Source of the DNA: an uncultured Dechloromonas sp.
Lineage (GTDB): Bacteria; Pseudomonadota; Gammaproteobacteria; Burkholderiales; Rhodocyclaceae
Reading direction: 5' to 3'
Assembly (NCBI GenBank): GCA_964507585.1
Contig: CAZDRS010000001.1
Coordinates: 1-44,346, forward strand
Length of the DNA: 44,346 nucleotides
The translations under genes were made by a program, and so were the position numbers. Below, in pieces: positions 37,437 to 44,346 of this stretch (the stretch's first letter is position 1; every line of letters starts with the position of its first letter). The notes below the pieces were generated by a model. It made no database searches, was not told the origin of the DNA, and saw nothing but the letters and a program-made list of their open reading frames with translations.

Positions 37437-37981
37437 GACTGCCCCTCTTCCAGGCCGACGATGACCGACACCGTGCAGTGGTAGTGGCTGCTCTGGTTGG
37501 CCATGCACCAGTTGATGTCGTTGTGCACGCCCATCCGGTAGCCCGGCCGTTCGCGGGTGTTGGTGTTGCAGAAGCAGCGGCCGCAGGCGGTCTTGCCGCA
37601 GCAGTCGTTGTAGCTGACCAGATAGTCGCGCCCGTCGGCCGGATTGCGGCAGGTGCCGACCCAGGACACGGCGGACGGCGTGCTGCCCGGCGGGCAGGTC
37701 GTCATGGTGCCGCCGCAGCAGGAGCACAGGAAGCCATCGACACTGCAATAGCGCCAGTAATCGCAATCGGTCTCGGTCGGTTCGCGTTTTTTCGGCGCGC
37801 TGCCGTGGCCGCCGGCGGCGTGGGCATGGTTGGTGCGGTCGAAGGGCAGTACCGGCAGGGCGAAGGCACCGGCCACCAGCAGCTTGCTGACGCCGACCAG
37901 GAAGCCGCGCCGCCCGGTGTTGCTGGCCACCGCCCGCGTGCGGCGCTCGGTGAAGCGGTCGAGTAATTTGAGGAAGTCCAT
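37433..37981 (-). CDS. aauA: TTQ amine dehydrogenase small subunit, aromatic amine dehydrogenase type (MauA family)
   Basis: Tat motif GRRGFL, CDYWRYC and both TTQ tryptophans (SWVG, NDINWC). FLCSCCGG, DCCGKTACGRC and RERPGY match the Alcaligenes AADH pattern as recalled, rather than MADH. Confidence 0.92.
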   Translation of the reverse strand: MDFLKLLDRFTERRTRAVASNTGRRGFLVGVSKLLVAGAFALPVLPFDRTNHAHAAGGHGSAPKKREPTETDCDYWRYCSVDGFLCSCCGGTMTTCPPGSTPSAVSWVGTCRNPADGRDYLVSYNDCCGKTACGRCFCNTNTRERPGYRMGVHNDINWCMANQSSHYHCTVSVIVGLEEGQS

Positions 37982-37984
37982 GGC

Positions 37985-38605
37985 TCAGACCTTTTCCGGA
38001 TGGGCTTCGGCCGCCAGCAGCTGACGGTCGATATGCTCCTGCACCGACGCGATGCCGCTTTCGTAGGCCGTCATCAGGCTTTCGACCTGCTCGCGGGAAT
38101 TGACCAGGCCCTTGGCGCGGACGAAGCCCTTGGCATCGAGCAGCACGCAGTAGGGTAGCTTGGAGATCTTGTAGGCCATGCCCAGCGGCTGCGACAGCAC
38201 GTAGGGGAAGTCGGCCAGCTGGTGCTTTTCGCGGAAAGTGGCATGCTCCGGGCGGTCGCCGTCGGAGGCCAGCACCACGTTGAGCCAACGGTTTTCACGT
38301 TGCTGGACGGAACGGATGATGGGCAGCAGCTTCTTGCATACCGGGCAGGTCGGCGACACGAAGAAGAGCAGCGTGCTCTTGGCGGTGGCCGTGCCGATGG
38401 TCAGGCCCTGGCCTTCCCAGGTGGTGACCTCAACCGGCGGCGCCAGTTCGCCGACCTTGGGGCCGTGATCCATCATCAGCGCCCCCATCGGCGCGACACG
38501 TTCGTAGAGGATGCCGATCTGGCGGGACAGCGCCAGGACACAGATGCCGAGGGCGACGACGACGACCCACAGGGCGATTACAGACAGGGCGAGCGGTTCC
38601 ATCAT
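37985..38605 (-). CDS. aauD: MauD/AauD thioredoxin-like maturation protein
   Basis: RQIGILYERVAPMGAL, SPTCPVCKKLLP and KGLVNSREQVESL. Confidence 0.92.
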   Translation of the reverse strand: MMEPLALSVIALWVVVVALGICVLALSRQIGILYERVAPMGALMMDHGPKVGELAPPVEVTTWEGQGLTIGTATAKSTLLFFVSPTCPVCKKLLPIIRSVQQRENRWLNVVLASDGDRPEHATFREKHQLADFPYVLSQPLGMAYKISKLPYCVLLDAKGFVRAKGLVNSREQVESLMTAYESGIASVQEHIDRQLLAAEAHPEKV

Positions 38606-39147
38606 GGTTGCAACTCCTTCAAAAGCGGTTGATTGGCGAGCAGTTGGTTGGCGCTGGCATAGACGACCAGCAAGGCCAGGATGGCGCCCGCCACACTGAA
38701 ATAATCGAGTGCGCCGAGGCTGCGCGGCAGCTCGTCGGCAGCGGCCAGCAGCAGCGCAGCACAGAGGAACAGGTTGCGCCCGACCAGGCCCCACGAGATG
38801 CGCTGGCCGCCGGTGCCGCAACCGCATTCGATGCGCCCCATGCCGCGCAGCAGGTTGATCGCCACGCCGCCGGTGGCCACGGCCATGACGCCCAGGCCAA
38901 GCAGCACGCCGAGCGGCCGCGTGGCATCGAGGATCAGGGCCAGGCCGGCGAGCAGTTCGACCACCGGGAAGACCTTGGCGAACAGCACGGCGGCAGCGCC
39001 GTTGAGCAGCCCGTAGTTGTCCACTGCGTAGCGGAACAGTTCCAGGTCGCGCAGTTTGCCCAGCGCGCCGGTGATCAGGATGATGCCCATGGCCGCCGCA
39101 GCGGCATGGACGACCACCGGATCGAACAGGAAAGTCGTCGCGCCCAT
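38602..39147 (-). CDS. aauE: MauE/AauE membrane maturation protein
   Basis: GKLRD...F...NY and INLLRG...IECGC...RN motifs; lies between aauB and aauD. Confidence 0.9.
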   Translation of the reverse strand: MGATTFLFDPVVVHAAAAAMGIILITGALGKLRDLELFRYAVDNYGLLNGAAAVLFAKVFPVVELLAGLALILDATRPLGVLLGLGVMAVATGGVAINLLRGMGRIECGCGTGGQRISWGLVGRNLFLCAALLLAAADELPRSLGALDYFSVAGAILALLVVYASANQLLANQPLLKELQP

Positions 39148-39148
39148 G

Positions 39149-40333
39149 TCAGCGCACCTCCATGAACAGCGAGGTTTCGCCGACGCCGGCCATCGTCCTG
39201 GCGACCGGGTAGCCCTTCTGGATCTTGCGGGCCACGATCTCGCCCTTTTCAACATTCAGCGCGTAGAGCAAGGGCTCGCTGCCCTGGCTGGCGACCAGCG
39301 AAATCGCCTCGTTGGACGGAATGCGCGCAACGCGCTTCTGGCTGGCGACATCGAAGGCCCAGATTTCCTTGGACGGATTCTTGTGCGATCCCTCGGCGCC
39401 GTTGTCGTGCATGTTCACGTAGAAGGTGCCGCTGGCCCGGTGCATGGCCGTCACCTGCATGCCGCCCGGCCGCCAGTTGGCCTTGCGGTCGCGGGCGTCG
39501 AGCAGTGACCACGGGGCGGCGAAGGCCGGTTTGTCGCCGGCCAGGGTCACCTTGTAGACGTTGCCGTAGTAGGAAACGAAGTAGCGGTCGCCGCCGAGCA
39601 TTTCCGGATGGACGTAGATCGGATCCTTATCGGGATCGAAGAAGCGCTGGCTACGCTCGCGGCCGGCCGGCTGGCCGGCGTCGTCGAGGCTCACGGTGAG
39701 CAGCGTGCCGTCGCCGCAGATGGTCGAGAAGCGGTTGCCCTTTTCGTTATCTTCACCCTTCTCCCAGGCCTGGATCGACCAGCAGCCGGGGGTCGGGATT
39801 TCGGCGACGAACTTTTTTGCCTGCAGGTCGACCACGCTGACCGACGTCGCCGGCGTGGCGTTCTGCACGTACAGGAAACGGCCGTCGGCGCTCGGCACCA
39901 GCATGCTGCGGTACGAGGCGGCCTGCGCCCGCTTGGCCGGAATATCGATCTCGGCCTTCAGTTCCAGCGTTTCGGCATCGTGGATTTCGACCACGTCGCT
40001 GCGCTGGCCGCGATACAGACGGGGATAGTAGGTGGTCGCCACGTAGATGGACTTGCCATCCGCCGACACCGTGGTCAGCGCGCCGTAGCCGGCCATGACG
40101 ACGCCGAGGTAGCGCGCCGCCTTGCCGTCCACCACGTGCACGCGGCCGTCGACCATGTGGTTGAAGACGAAATCGGTGACGTACAGGCGGTTGCCATCGG
40201 GCGGCGCCGCCCGTTCGACGCGGATTTCCTCCTCCGCCAAGGGAGGCGGCCGATCCTTGCCGGCCTGCGCCGTGGCCGCCGCCAGGCAGAGCGGCAACGC
40301 AATCAGCGCCAGCCGCGATGAAATTTTTTGCAT
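39149..40333 (-). CDS. aauB: TTQ amine dehydrogenase large subunit (MauB family beta-propeller)
   Basis: Signal peptide, YVATTYY, QNATPATSVSVVD, PGCW, ICGDG, WRPGG and GSHKNP...EIW. Confidence 0.92.
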   Translation of the reverse strand: MQKISSRLALIALPLCLAAATAQAGKDRPPPLAEEEIRVERAAPPDGNRLYVTDFVFNHMVDGRVHVVDGKAARYLGVVMAGYGALTTVSADGKSIYVATTYYPRLYRGQRSDVVEIHDAETLELKAEIDIPAKRAQAASYRSMLVPSADGRFLYVQNATPATSVSVVDLQAKKFVAEIPTPGCWSIQAWEKGEDNEKGNRFSTICGDGTLLTVSLDDAGQPAGRERSQRFFDPDKDPIYVHPEMLGGDRYFVSYYGNVYKVTLAGDKPAFAAPWSLLDARDRKANWRPGGMQVTAMHRASGTFYVNMHDNGAEGSHKNPSKEIWAFDVASQKRVARIPSNEAISLVASQGSEPLLYALNVEKGEIVARKIQKGYPVARTMAGVGETSLFMEVR

Positions 40334-40371
40334 TTTGTGACCTCGTTCGACTCGTTAGGGAGCGTGAGATC

Positions 40372-40415
40372 AGTATCCGGCGGGATCGTTGGCGGGCTGT
40401 ATCAAGAATTGGAAA
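40372..40415 (-). promoter_or_regulatory. Putative activator box and -10 element for the aau operon
   Basis: Minus strand TTTCCAATTCTTGATA, then 22 nt, then GATACT. The 17-mer is 13/17 identical to the 26881-26897 box. Confidence 0.6.
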
Positions 40416-40497
40416 AAGTGGGGCGGCAGGATGCCGAAACGATGGAAGCTTGACGCTACGGAGCACGAGAAGCGGAACCCGCCCTCGCCCCCACCCC

Positions 40498-40579
40498 GTC
40501 ATTCCCGCGTAGGCGGGAATCCAGGAGTGGACTGCAGGCCTCCGGTTCATCTCTGGATTCCCGCCTGCGCGGGAATGAC
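40498..40579. repeat. dRS3/REP-like doublet, copy 7
   Basis: GTCATTCCCGCGTAGGCGGGAATCCAG...CTGGATTCCCGCCTGCGCGGGAATGAC. Confidence 0.9.
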
Positions 40580-40595
40580 AGGCTACCCTCTCAGC

Positions 40596-41594
40596 TTACG
40601 AAACGTGCACGCAAGGCGTCTGCGACGGCAGTTCGCCGAACAGCTTGCGGTAGTCCTGCGCCAGCTGCGACAGGTGCCAGAAGCCCCAGCGCGCCGCCAC
40701 GTCGCCAATCGACTCGCACTGCGGCTCGCGTACCTTCAGGGCGCGGCGGAAAGCGTTGAGGCGGATGGCCTTCAGGTAGTGCTGCGGCGAAATGCCGAAC
40801 ACTTCCTGCGTGGCATTCTGCAGGGTGCGGCGGGTGACGCCGATTTCGTCGCAGATGTCAGAAATGCTCAGGGCCGACTCCGGCGAAGCATCGAGCAGCG
40901 TGCGGAAGCGACGCACGATGCGCTCACGGTTGGGGCAGACCGCATGAACCTCCGGCCCGCGCGAAATGCGCAGGACGTCGATCAGGATGCTGTAGAACTC
41001 CTCTTCCAATTGACGCAGGTTGCTCGGAATCATCAGGTGATCGGCTGCCTGTTGTCCGCATTCGTAGACCCGGCACAGAAAATCGGTCAGTTGGCGGGTA
41101 TTGGAGGGGCCGATGGTCTTGCAGGAACGATGCAGCTCGGCTTCCAGTTCGCGATAGTCGAAGCCCGGATCGTCGAGATTGACCGCCAGGTCGCGCGGAG
41201 AAAAGACGGCGGCGATCAAATCAAAGCACTCCGGCGTGCGAATCTCGAATTCCGTTCCCGGCTCGAGAATGGCGGCAGTATGGGTGGCCATCAATTCACC
41301 GCAATGGAAACCGCTATCGCCCGTCGTCATCAGGGTGCCGATGGCAAACACGCCCTTCGGCGTACAACCCTTCTGCAGCAGAACCCGATTGCTCGTTTCG
41401 CGGATCAGCGTAAAGGACGGGAAACCCATTTCCTGCAGCGAACCGCTGAAACGGCCTCCGGACAACTGGTCGTAGCGCTGATCCCAATTCTGGTAGATCA
41501 ATGCACCGGCCTGCGCGTCCACATCGGCATTTTCCAGGGATCGGGAAACGATTCGGCCATAGCCTGCGGCGGTTTCGAAAAGCGGGTTCATCAC
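40596..41594 (-). CDS. AraC-family regulator, EutR-like
   Basis: N-terminal WDQRYDQLSGGRFSG and C-terminal GVTRRTLQ...SPQHYLKAIRLN...WGFWHLSQLAQDYRKLFGELPS. Confidence 0.92.
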   Translation of the reverse strand: MMNPLFETAAGYGRIVSRSLENADVDAQAGALIYQNWDQRYDQLSGGRFSGSLQEMGFPSFTLIRETSNRVLLQKGCTPKGVFAIGTLMTTGDSGFHCGELMATHTAAILEPGTEFEIRTPECFDLIAAVFSPRDLAVNLDDPGFDYRELEAELHRSCKTIGPSNTRQLTDFLCRVYECGQQAADHLMIPSNLRQLEEEFYSILIDVLRISRGPEVHAVCPNRERIVRRFRTLLDASPESALSISDICDEIGVTRRTLQNATQEVFGISPQHYLKAIRLNAFRRALKVREPQCESIGDVAARWGFWHLSQLAQDYRKLFGELPSQTPCVHVS

Positions 41595-41629
41595 GTTTCT
41601 CCGGTGGGGCCATCGACTGATGGTTATTT

Positions 41630-41664
41630 CGCTAATATATTAGCGTAAAATCTAAAATGGTCAA
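41630..41664 (-). promoter_or_regulatory. Promoter of the AraC gene with a perfect HpaR-like palindrome
   Basis: CGCTAATATATTAGCG (41630-41645) overlaps the -10 of minus-strand TTGACC-16 bp-TAATAT. Confidence 0.7.
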
Positions 41665-41945
41665 TTCGTTTACTAAAACGTAATTTCCTGACCATCGTCT
41701 GACCACGGTTCACGCAAAGCCTGTGCCGGCTATGCACCGCCCCCATCCCTGCGCCGAGACAAGCAAGCAACCAATTGATTTAGATAAACTATCCTGGCAA
41801 TCCGTTGCTCCCGAGGAAAACAAGACTGCCCTCCTTCGCGCACCGAAACCGGGCGCCTCCCGATATCCAGGCCCGCCTTCGGGCATGCGCTGAAGCAAAG
41901 AAAACCCAACACGGCGATCAGTGGCACCAGCGGCAAACCCTCAAC

Positions 41946-41972
41946 AAAAAAAGGCCGCGATCAACGCGGCCT
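41946..41972 (-). terminator. Rho-independent terminator after dmpP
   Basis: AGGCCGCG/CGCGGCCT hairpin followed by a T-tract on the minus strand. Confidence 0.8.
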
Positions 41973-42001
41973 CAAGGTGGGTTGTGGTGCAGAGGAAAGT
42001 T

Positions 42002-43057
42002 TTACACCCGCTTGAACAGCGGGCTGCGCACCTGCTGGGCGTCGGCCGCCGAGAAGAATTTCTCGGTGTAGATGTCGCGCTCGAACAGGCGGCCCTGCAT
42101 CAGGGTCGTGATACAGGCTTCGATCATCACCGGCGGGCCGCACAGGTAGGCCTTGTTGCCGCGGAAATCGTTGTCGAAATGGGCCTTGGCCGCTTCATGG
42201 ACGAAGCCGCGGAAGCCGGTCCAGCCGCTGTCGGCCGGTTCGTCGTTGAGCGCCGGCACGTAGGTGAAGTTCGGATATTTGGCGGCCAGTTCGACGAATT
42301 CCTGGTGGTAATACAGCTCGCCCTGGTTGCGCGCGCCGTAGACCAGCGTGATCGGCAGCGTGGATCCCTGTTCCAGCAGGTCGAGAATCATCGAGCGCGG
42401 GCTGGACAGGCCTGAACCGCCGGCCATGAACAGCGACGGCACATCGGCCGACTTGTGCACGAAGAAGCGGCCGTAGGGGCCGGAAACCGTCACCGCGTCG
42501 CCGACCTTGAGTTCGTTGTGGATCCAAGTCGTGCCGACGCCGCCGGGAACGATGCGGATGTTCAGCTCGATCTCGTCGCCGGTCGATGGCGAATTGGCCA
42601 GCGAAAAGGCGCGGTGGCCCATGTCGTTGGGCAGGTTGAAATTGACGTACTGGCCGGCCTGAAAGTCGAGCGCCTCGTCGAGCTTGAGCCAGATGCCCTT
42701 GATGGTGGGCGTCAGGTTCTCGATGCGGCTGACCGCGCCCGGAAAGTCCTTGACCGGGATGTCGCGGGCGTCCTCGTCGATTTCCATCTCGACTTCGATG
42801 ACGGTGTCGGCTTCGAGCGTCGCGCAGCAGGCCAGCGCCTTGCCTTCCTCGCGCTCGTAATCCATCAGCGCGAAGCTGGAGGCGTTCTGGTGATCGACCT
42901 CGCCGTCGGTGATGCACACCTTGCAGGTGGCGCAATAGCCCTGCCCGCAGGCATGCGGCAGGTAGATGCCGGCACGCAGTGCGGCGTCGAGGATGGTCTG
43001 GCCGTCTTCGACTTCGATGCTGCGGCCGAGCGGCTCGATGGTCAGTTCGTAGCTCAT
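42002..43057 (-). CDS. dmpP: Phenol hydroxylase reductase (P5; 2Fe-2S/FAD/NADH)
   Basis: CGQGYCATC...ACC ferredoxin domain, RAFSLAN, GGSGLS, YLCGPP and C-terminal RSPLFKRV. Confidence 0.94.
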   Translation of the reverse strand: MSYELTIEPLGRSIEVEDGQTILDAALRAGIYLPHACGQGYCATCKVCITDGEVDHQNASSFALMDYEREEGKALACCATLEADTVIEVEMEIDEDARDIPVKDFPGAVSRIENLTPTIKGIWLKLDEALDFQAGQYVNFNLPNDMGHRAFSLANSPSTGDEIELNIRIVPGGVGTTWIHNELKVGDAVTVSGPYGRFFVHKSADVPSLFMAGGSGLSSPRSMILDLLEQGSTLPITLVYGARNQGELYYHQEFVELAAKYPNFTYVPALNDEPADSGWTGFRGFVHEAAKAHFDNDFRGNKAYLCGPPVMIEACITTLMQGRLFERDIYTEKFFSAADAQQVRSPLFKRV

Positions 43058-43063
43058 TTTTTT

Positions 43064-43224
43064 TAGGATCCAGGAGTTAGGATCGAGGATCGAGTAAAAC
43101 CGTTGGGGCTGAACCCGTCATTCCCGCGCAGGCGGGAATCCAGTTCCTTGCCTTTCCTGGACTCCCGCTTTCGCGGGAGTGACGAATTCAAACTCGATCC
43201 TGAATCCTAATATCTAACAGCTAA
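43064..43224. repeat. Inverted heptamer arrays (AGGATCG-like) enclosing dRS3/REP-like doublet copy 8 (43116-43184)
   Basis: Left: AGGATCC-AGGAGTT-AGGATCG-AGGATCG-AG. Right, reverse-complemented: AGCTGTT-AGATATT-AGGATTC-AGGATCG-AG. Confidence 0.8.
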
Positions 43225-43584
43225 TCAATACCCCGTACCGGCGATGCCATCCAGCCCCGGCGTCCGGAAACGGATCAGATCCTTGTGGCCGATGCCGTTT
43301 TCCTTGAGGCTCTTGGCACGATCCGGCGTGAAGGGCGTGTTGCCGTTCTGCCAGATGGCCTTGTCCCAGTCGATGTGCTGCCAGTCCGGGTGGTAGCTGA
43401 AGCAGGCGGCCATTTCTTCGAGCACAGCCGAGAACGGCGTATCCGGCGTCATGGCCAGCACGAAGGGGCGCGAGAACATGCGGTGGCGCTCCCAGTTCAC
43501 GTACAGCAGCTGGCGGCCCTTGTAGTTCTCGACCGCGTCGCGCGACTTGAACTCGTACGGGGCAAGGGTTTTCAACATCGTCAT
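43225..43584 (-). CDS. dmpO: Phenol hydroxylase gamma subunit (P4)
   Basis: HPDW..IDW, FTPD..KSL.ENGIGHKDLIRFRTPGLDG. Confidence 0.9.
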   Translation of the reverse strand: MTMLKTLAPYEFKSRDAVENYKGRQLLYVNWERHRMFSRPFVLAMTPDTPFSAVLEEMAACFSYHPDWQHIDWDKAIWQNGNTPFTPDRAKSLKENGIGHKDLIRFRTPGLDGIAGTGY

Positions 43585-43596
43585 GGCTGTCTCCTT

Positions 43597-44346
43597 TTAG
43601 TTTTTCGTGGCCTGCTCGCGCCAGGCTGCGAAGTTCTTCTGGTCCTCGGAGCCGTTGAAGTCGCCGAGGGCGCGCTTGTCGAGCTTCCAGTAGTCGAGCA
43701 TGTGGCGGCCCGGCTCGAAGCCCGGCGCATTGACATCGACGCCATCCGGCTCGCAGTTGCCCTGCAGCACCTGGTGCGAGGAGATGAAGGTCTGGCTGTA
43801 CTTTTCCGGCTCGTTGTCGAAGATTTCCTTGCAGTGGTCGGAACAGGTATGGAACTTCTCGCCCTGGTAGATCGACTCGCGGAAGCACATTTCCATCGGG
43901 TCGCCCGGCTCGTTGAACTTCATGGTGCTGACGCAGACCTGGCAGTTCATCGGCGCCGTCTTGTTGTCGAAGCGGTTGCCGGCCTTTTCCTGGGCGTCGA
44001 AGAATTCCAGCACCGGACGGTAGTACTTGTCGAAGGTGTTGGGGTACTTCTCGGACAGCCAGTCCATTTCGTCCGGGGTCGGAATCCAGGTGTGGAACGG
44101 CGTGGCCTGCGGCTTCATGTAGAAACCGATCCACGACTGGTGCGAGACGTGTTCCTTTTCCTCGATGGTCTGGCTGAAGCACTTCGGGATGGTGATGCCG
44201 TAGCGGGCGAGATCCTTGAACAGCGCGCCGCCGTTTTCCTCGACGTACATTTCCCAGGCTTCCTTGAAGCTCATAATCCGTTTCGGCAGCATGTAGTCCA
44301 TCATCATGCCGACCGAGGCCAGCTTGCGGGTGCCGCGCCAGGTCCA
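43597..44346 (-). CDS. dmpN: Phenol hydroxylase diiron alpha subunit (P3), 5'-truncated by the window edge
   Basis: Open from 44346 (WTWRG...). MMMDYMLP, WLSEKYPNTFDKYYRP, CQVC, YHS-type CSDHCK.IF..EPEKY and QGNC. Confidence 0.93.
   Translation of the reverse strand, partial: WTWRGTRKLASVGMMMDYMLPKRIMSFKEAWEMYVEENGGALFKDLARYGITIPKCFSQTIEEKEHVSHQSWIGFYMKPQATPFHTWIPTPDEMDWLSEKYPNTFDKYYRPVLEFFDAQEKAGNRFDNKTAPMNCQVCVSTMKFNEPGDPMEMCFRESIYQGEKFHTCSDHCKEIFDNEPEKYSQTFISSHQVLQGNCEPDGVDVNAPGFEPGRHMLDYWKLDKRALGDFNGSEDQKNFAAWREQATKN

Noticed and set aside
37433-40333. Methylamine dehydrogenase and methylotrophy
   Set aside because: The small subunit follows the aromatic amine dehydrogenase pattern. There is no amicyanin, mauF, mauG or C1 gene, and the context is aromatic catabolism.
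41710-41936. Small ORFs between the AraC gene and dmpP
   Set aside because: They are short, with atypical codon use, no motif and no clear RBS.
6213-43184. Palindromic repeats as a CRISPR array or integron attC sites
   Set aside because: They are dispersed inverted doublets rather than direct repeats with regular spacers. No cas or intI gene is present, and they lack RYYYAAC/GTTRRRY ends.

Overview
This is a high-GC betaproteobacterial window (Rhodocyclales/Dechloromonas-like by gene style; inferred). The first ~2 kb holds tRNA-fMet, a lone ParA-type ATPase and an IclR regulator. Nearly all the rest is one aromatic-amine catabolic supercluster, mostly on the minus strand. From right to left it carries: the 3' part of a divergent multicomponent phenol hydroxylase (dmpN'OP); an EutR-like AraC regulator; a TTQ aromatic amine dehydrogenase operon (aauBEDA, two paralogous monoheme cytochromes, a membrane protein and an MCP, with no mauG or cupredoxin); a TonB receptor/PepSY pair behind a Fur-like box; TetR; a Tat-exported flavin amine oxidoreductase with cytochrome c and an NTF2-like protein; a DUF1329-DUF1302-RND-YCF48-aldehyde dehydrogenase operon; a TRAP transporter; and a full homoprotocatechuate meta-cleavage pathway (hpaG1G2E, two hpaD, hpaFHI, gabD) with no hpaBC in the window. 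Two shared DNA motifs read directly from the intergenic regions link these modules: a 16-bp HpaR-like palindrome at four sites, and a 17-bp activator-like box with identical promoter spacing at two sites. The best hypothesis is a tyramine/dopamine-type degradation system in which a soluble diiron monooxygenase replaces HpaBC and TTQ maturation may be MauG-independent. Eight dRS3/REP-like hairpin doublets and two short-period inverted repeat arrays sit at gene junctions. No tools were used, so family calls rest on recognised motifs and recalled reference sequences.
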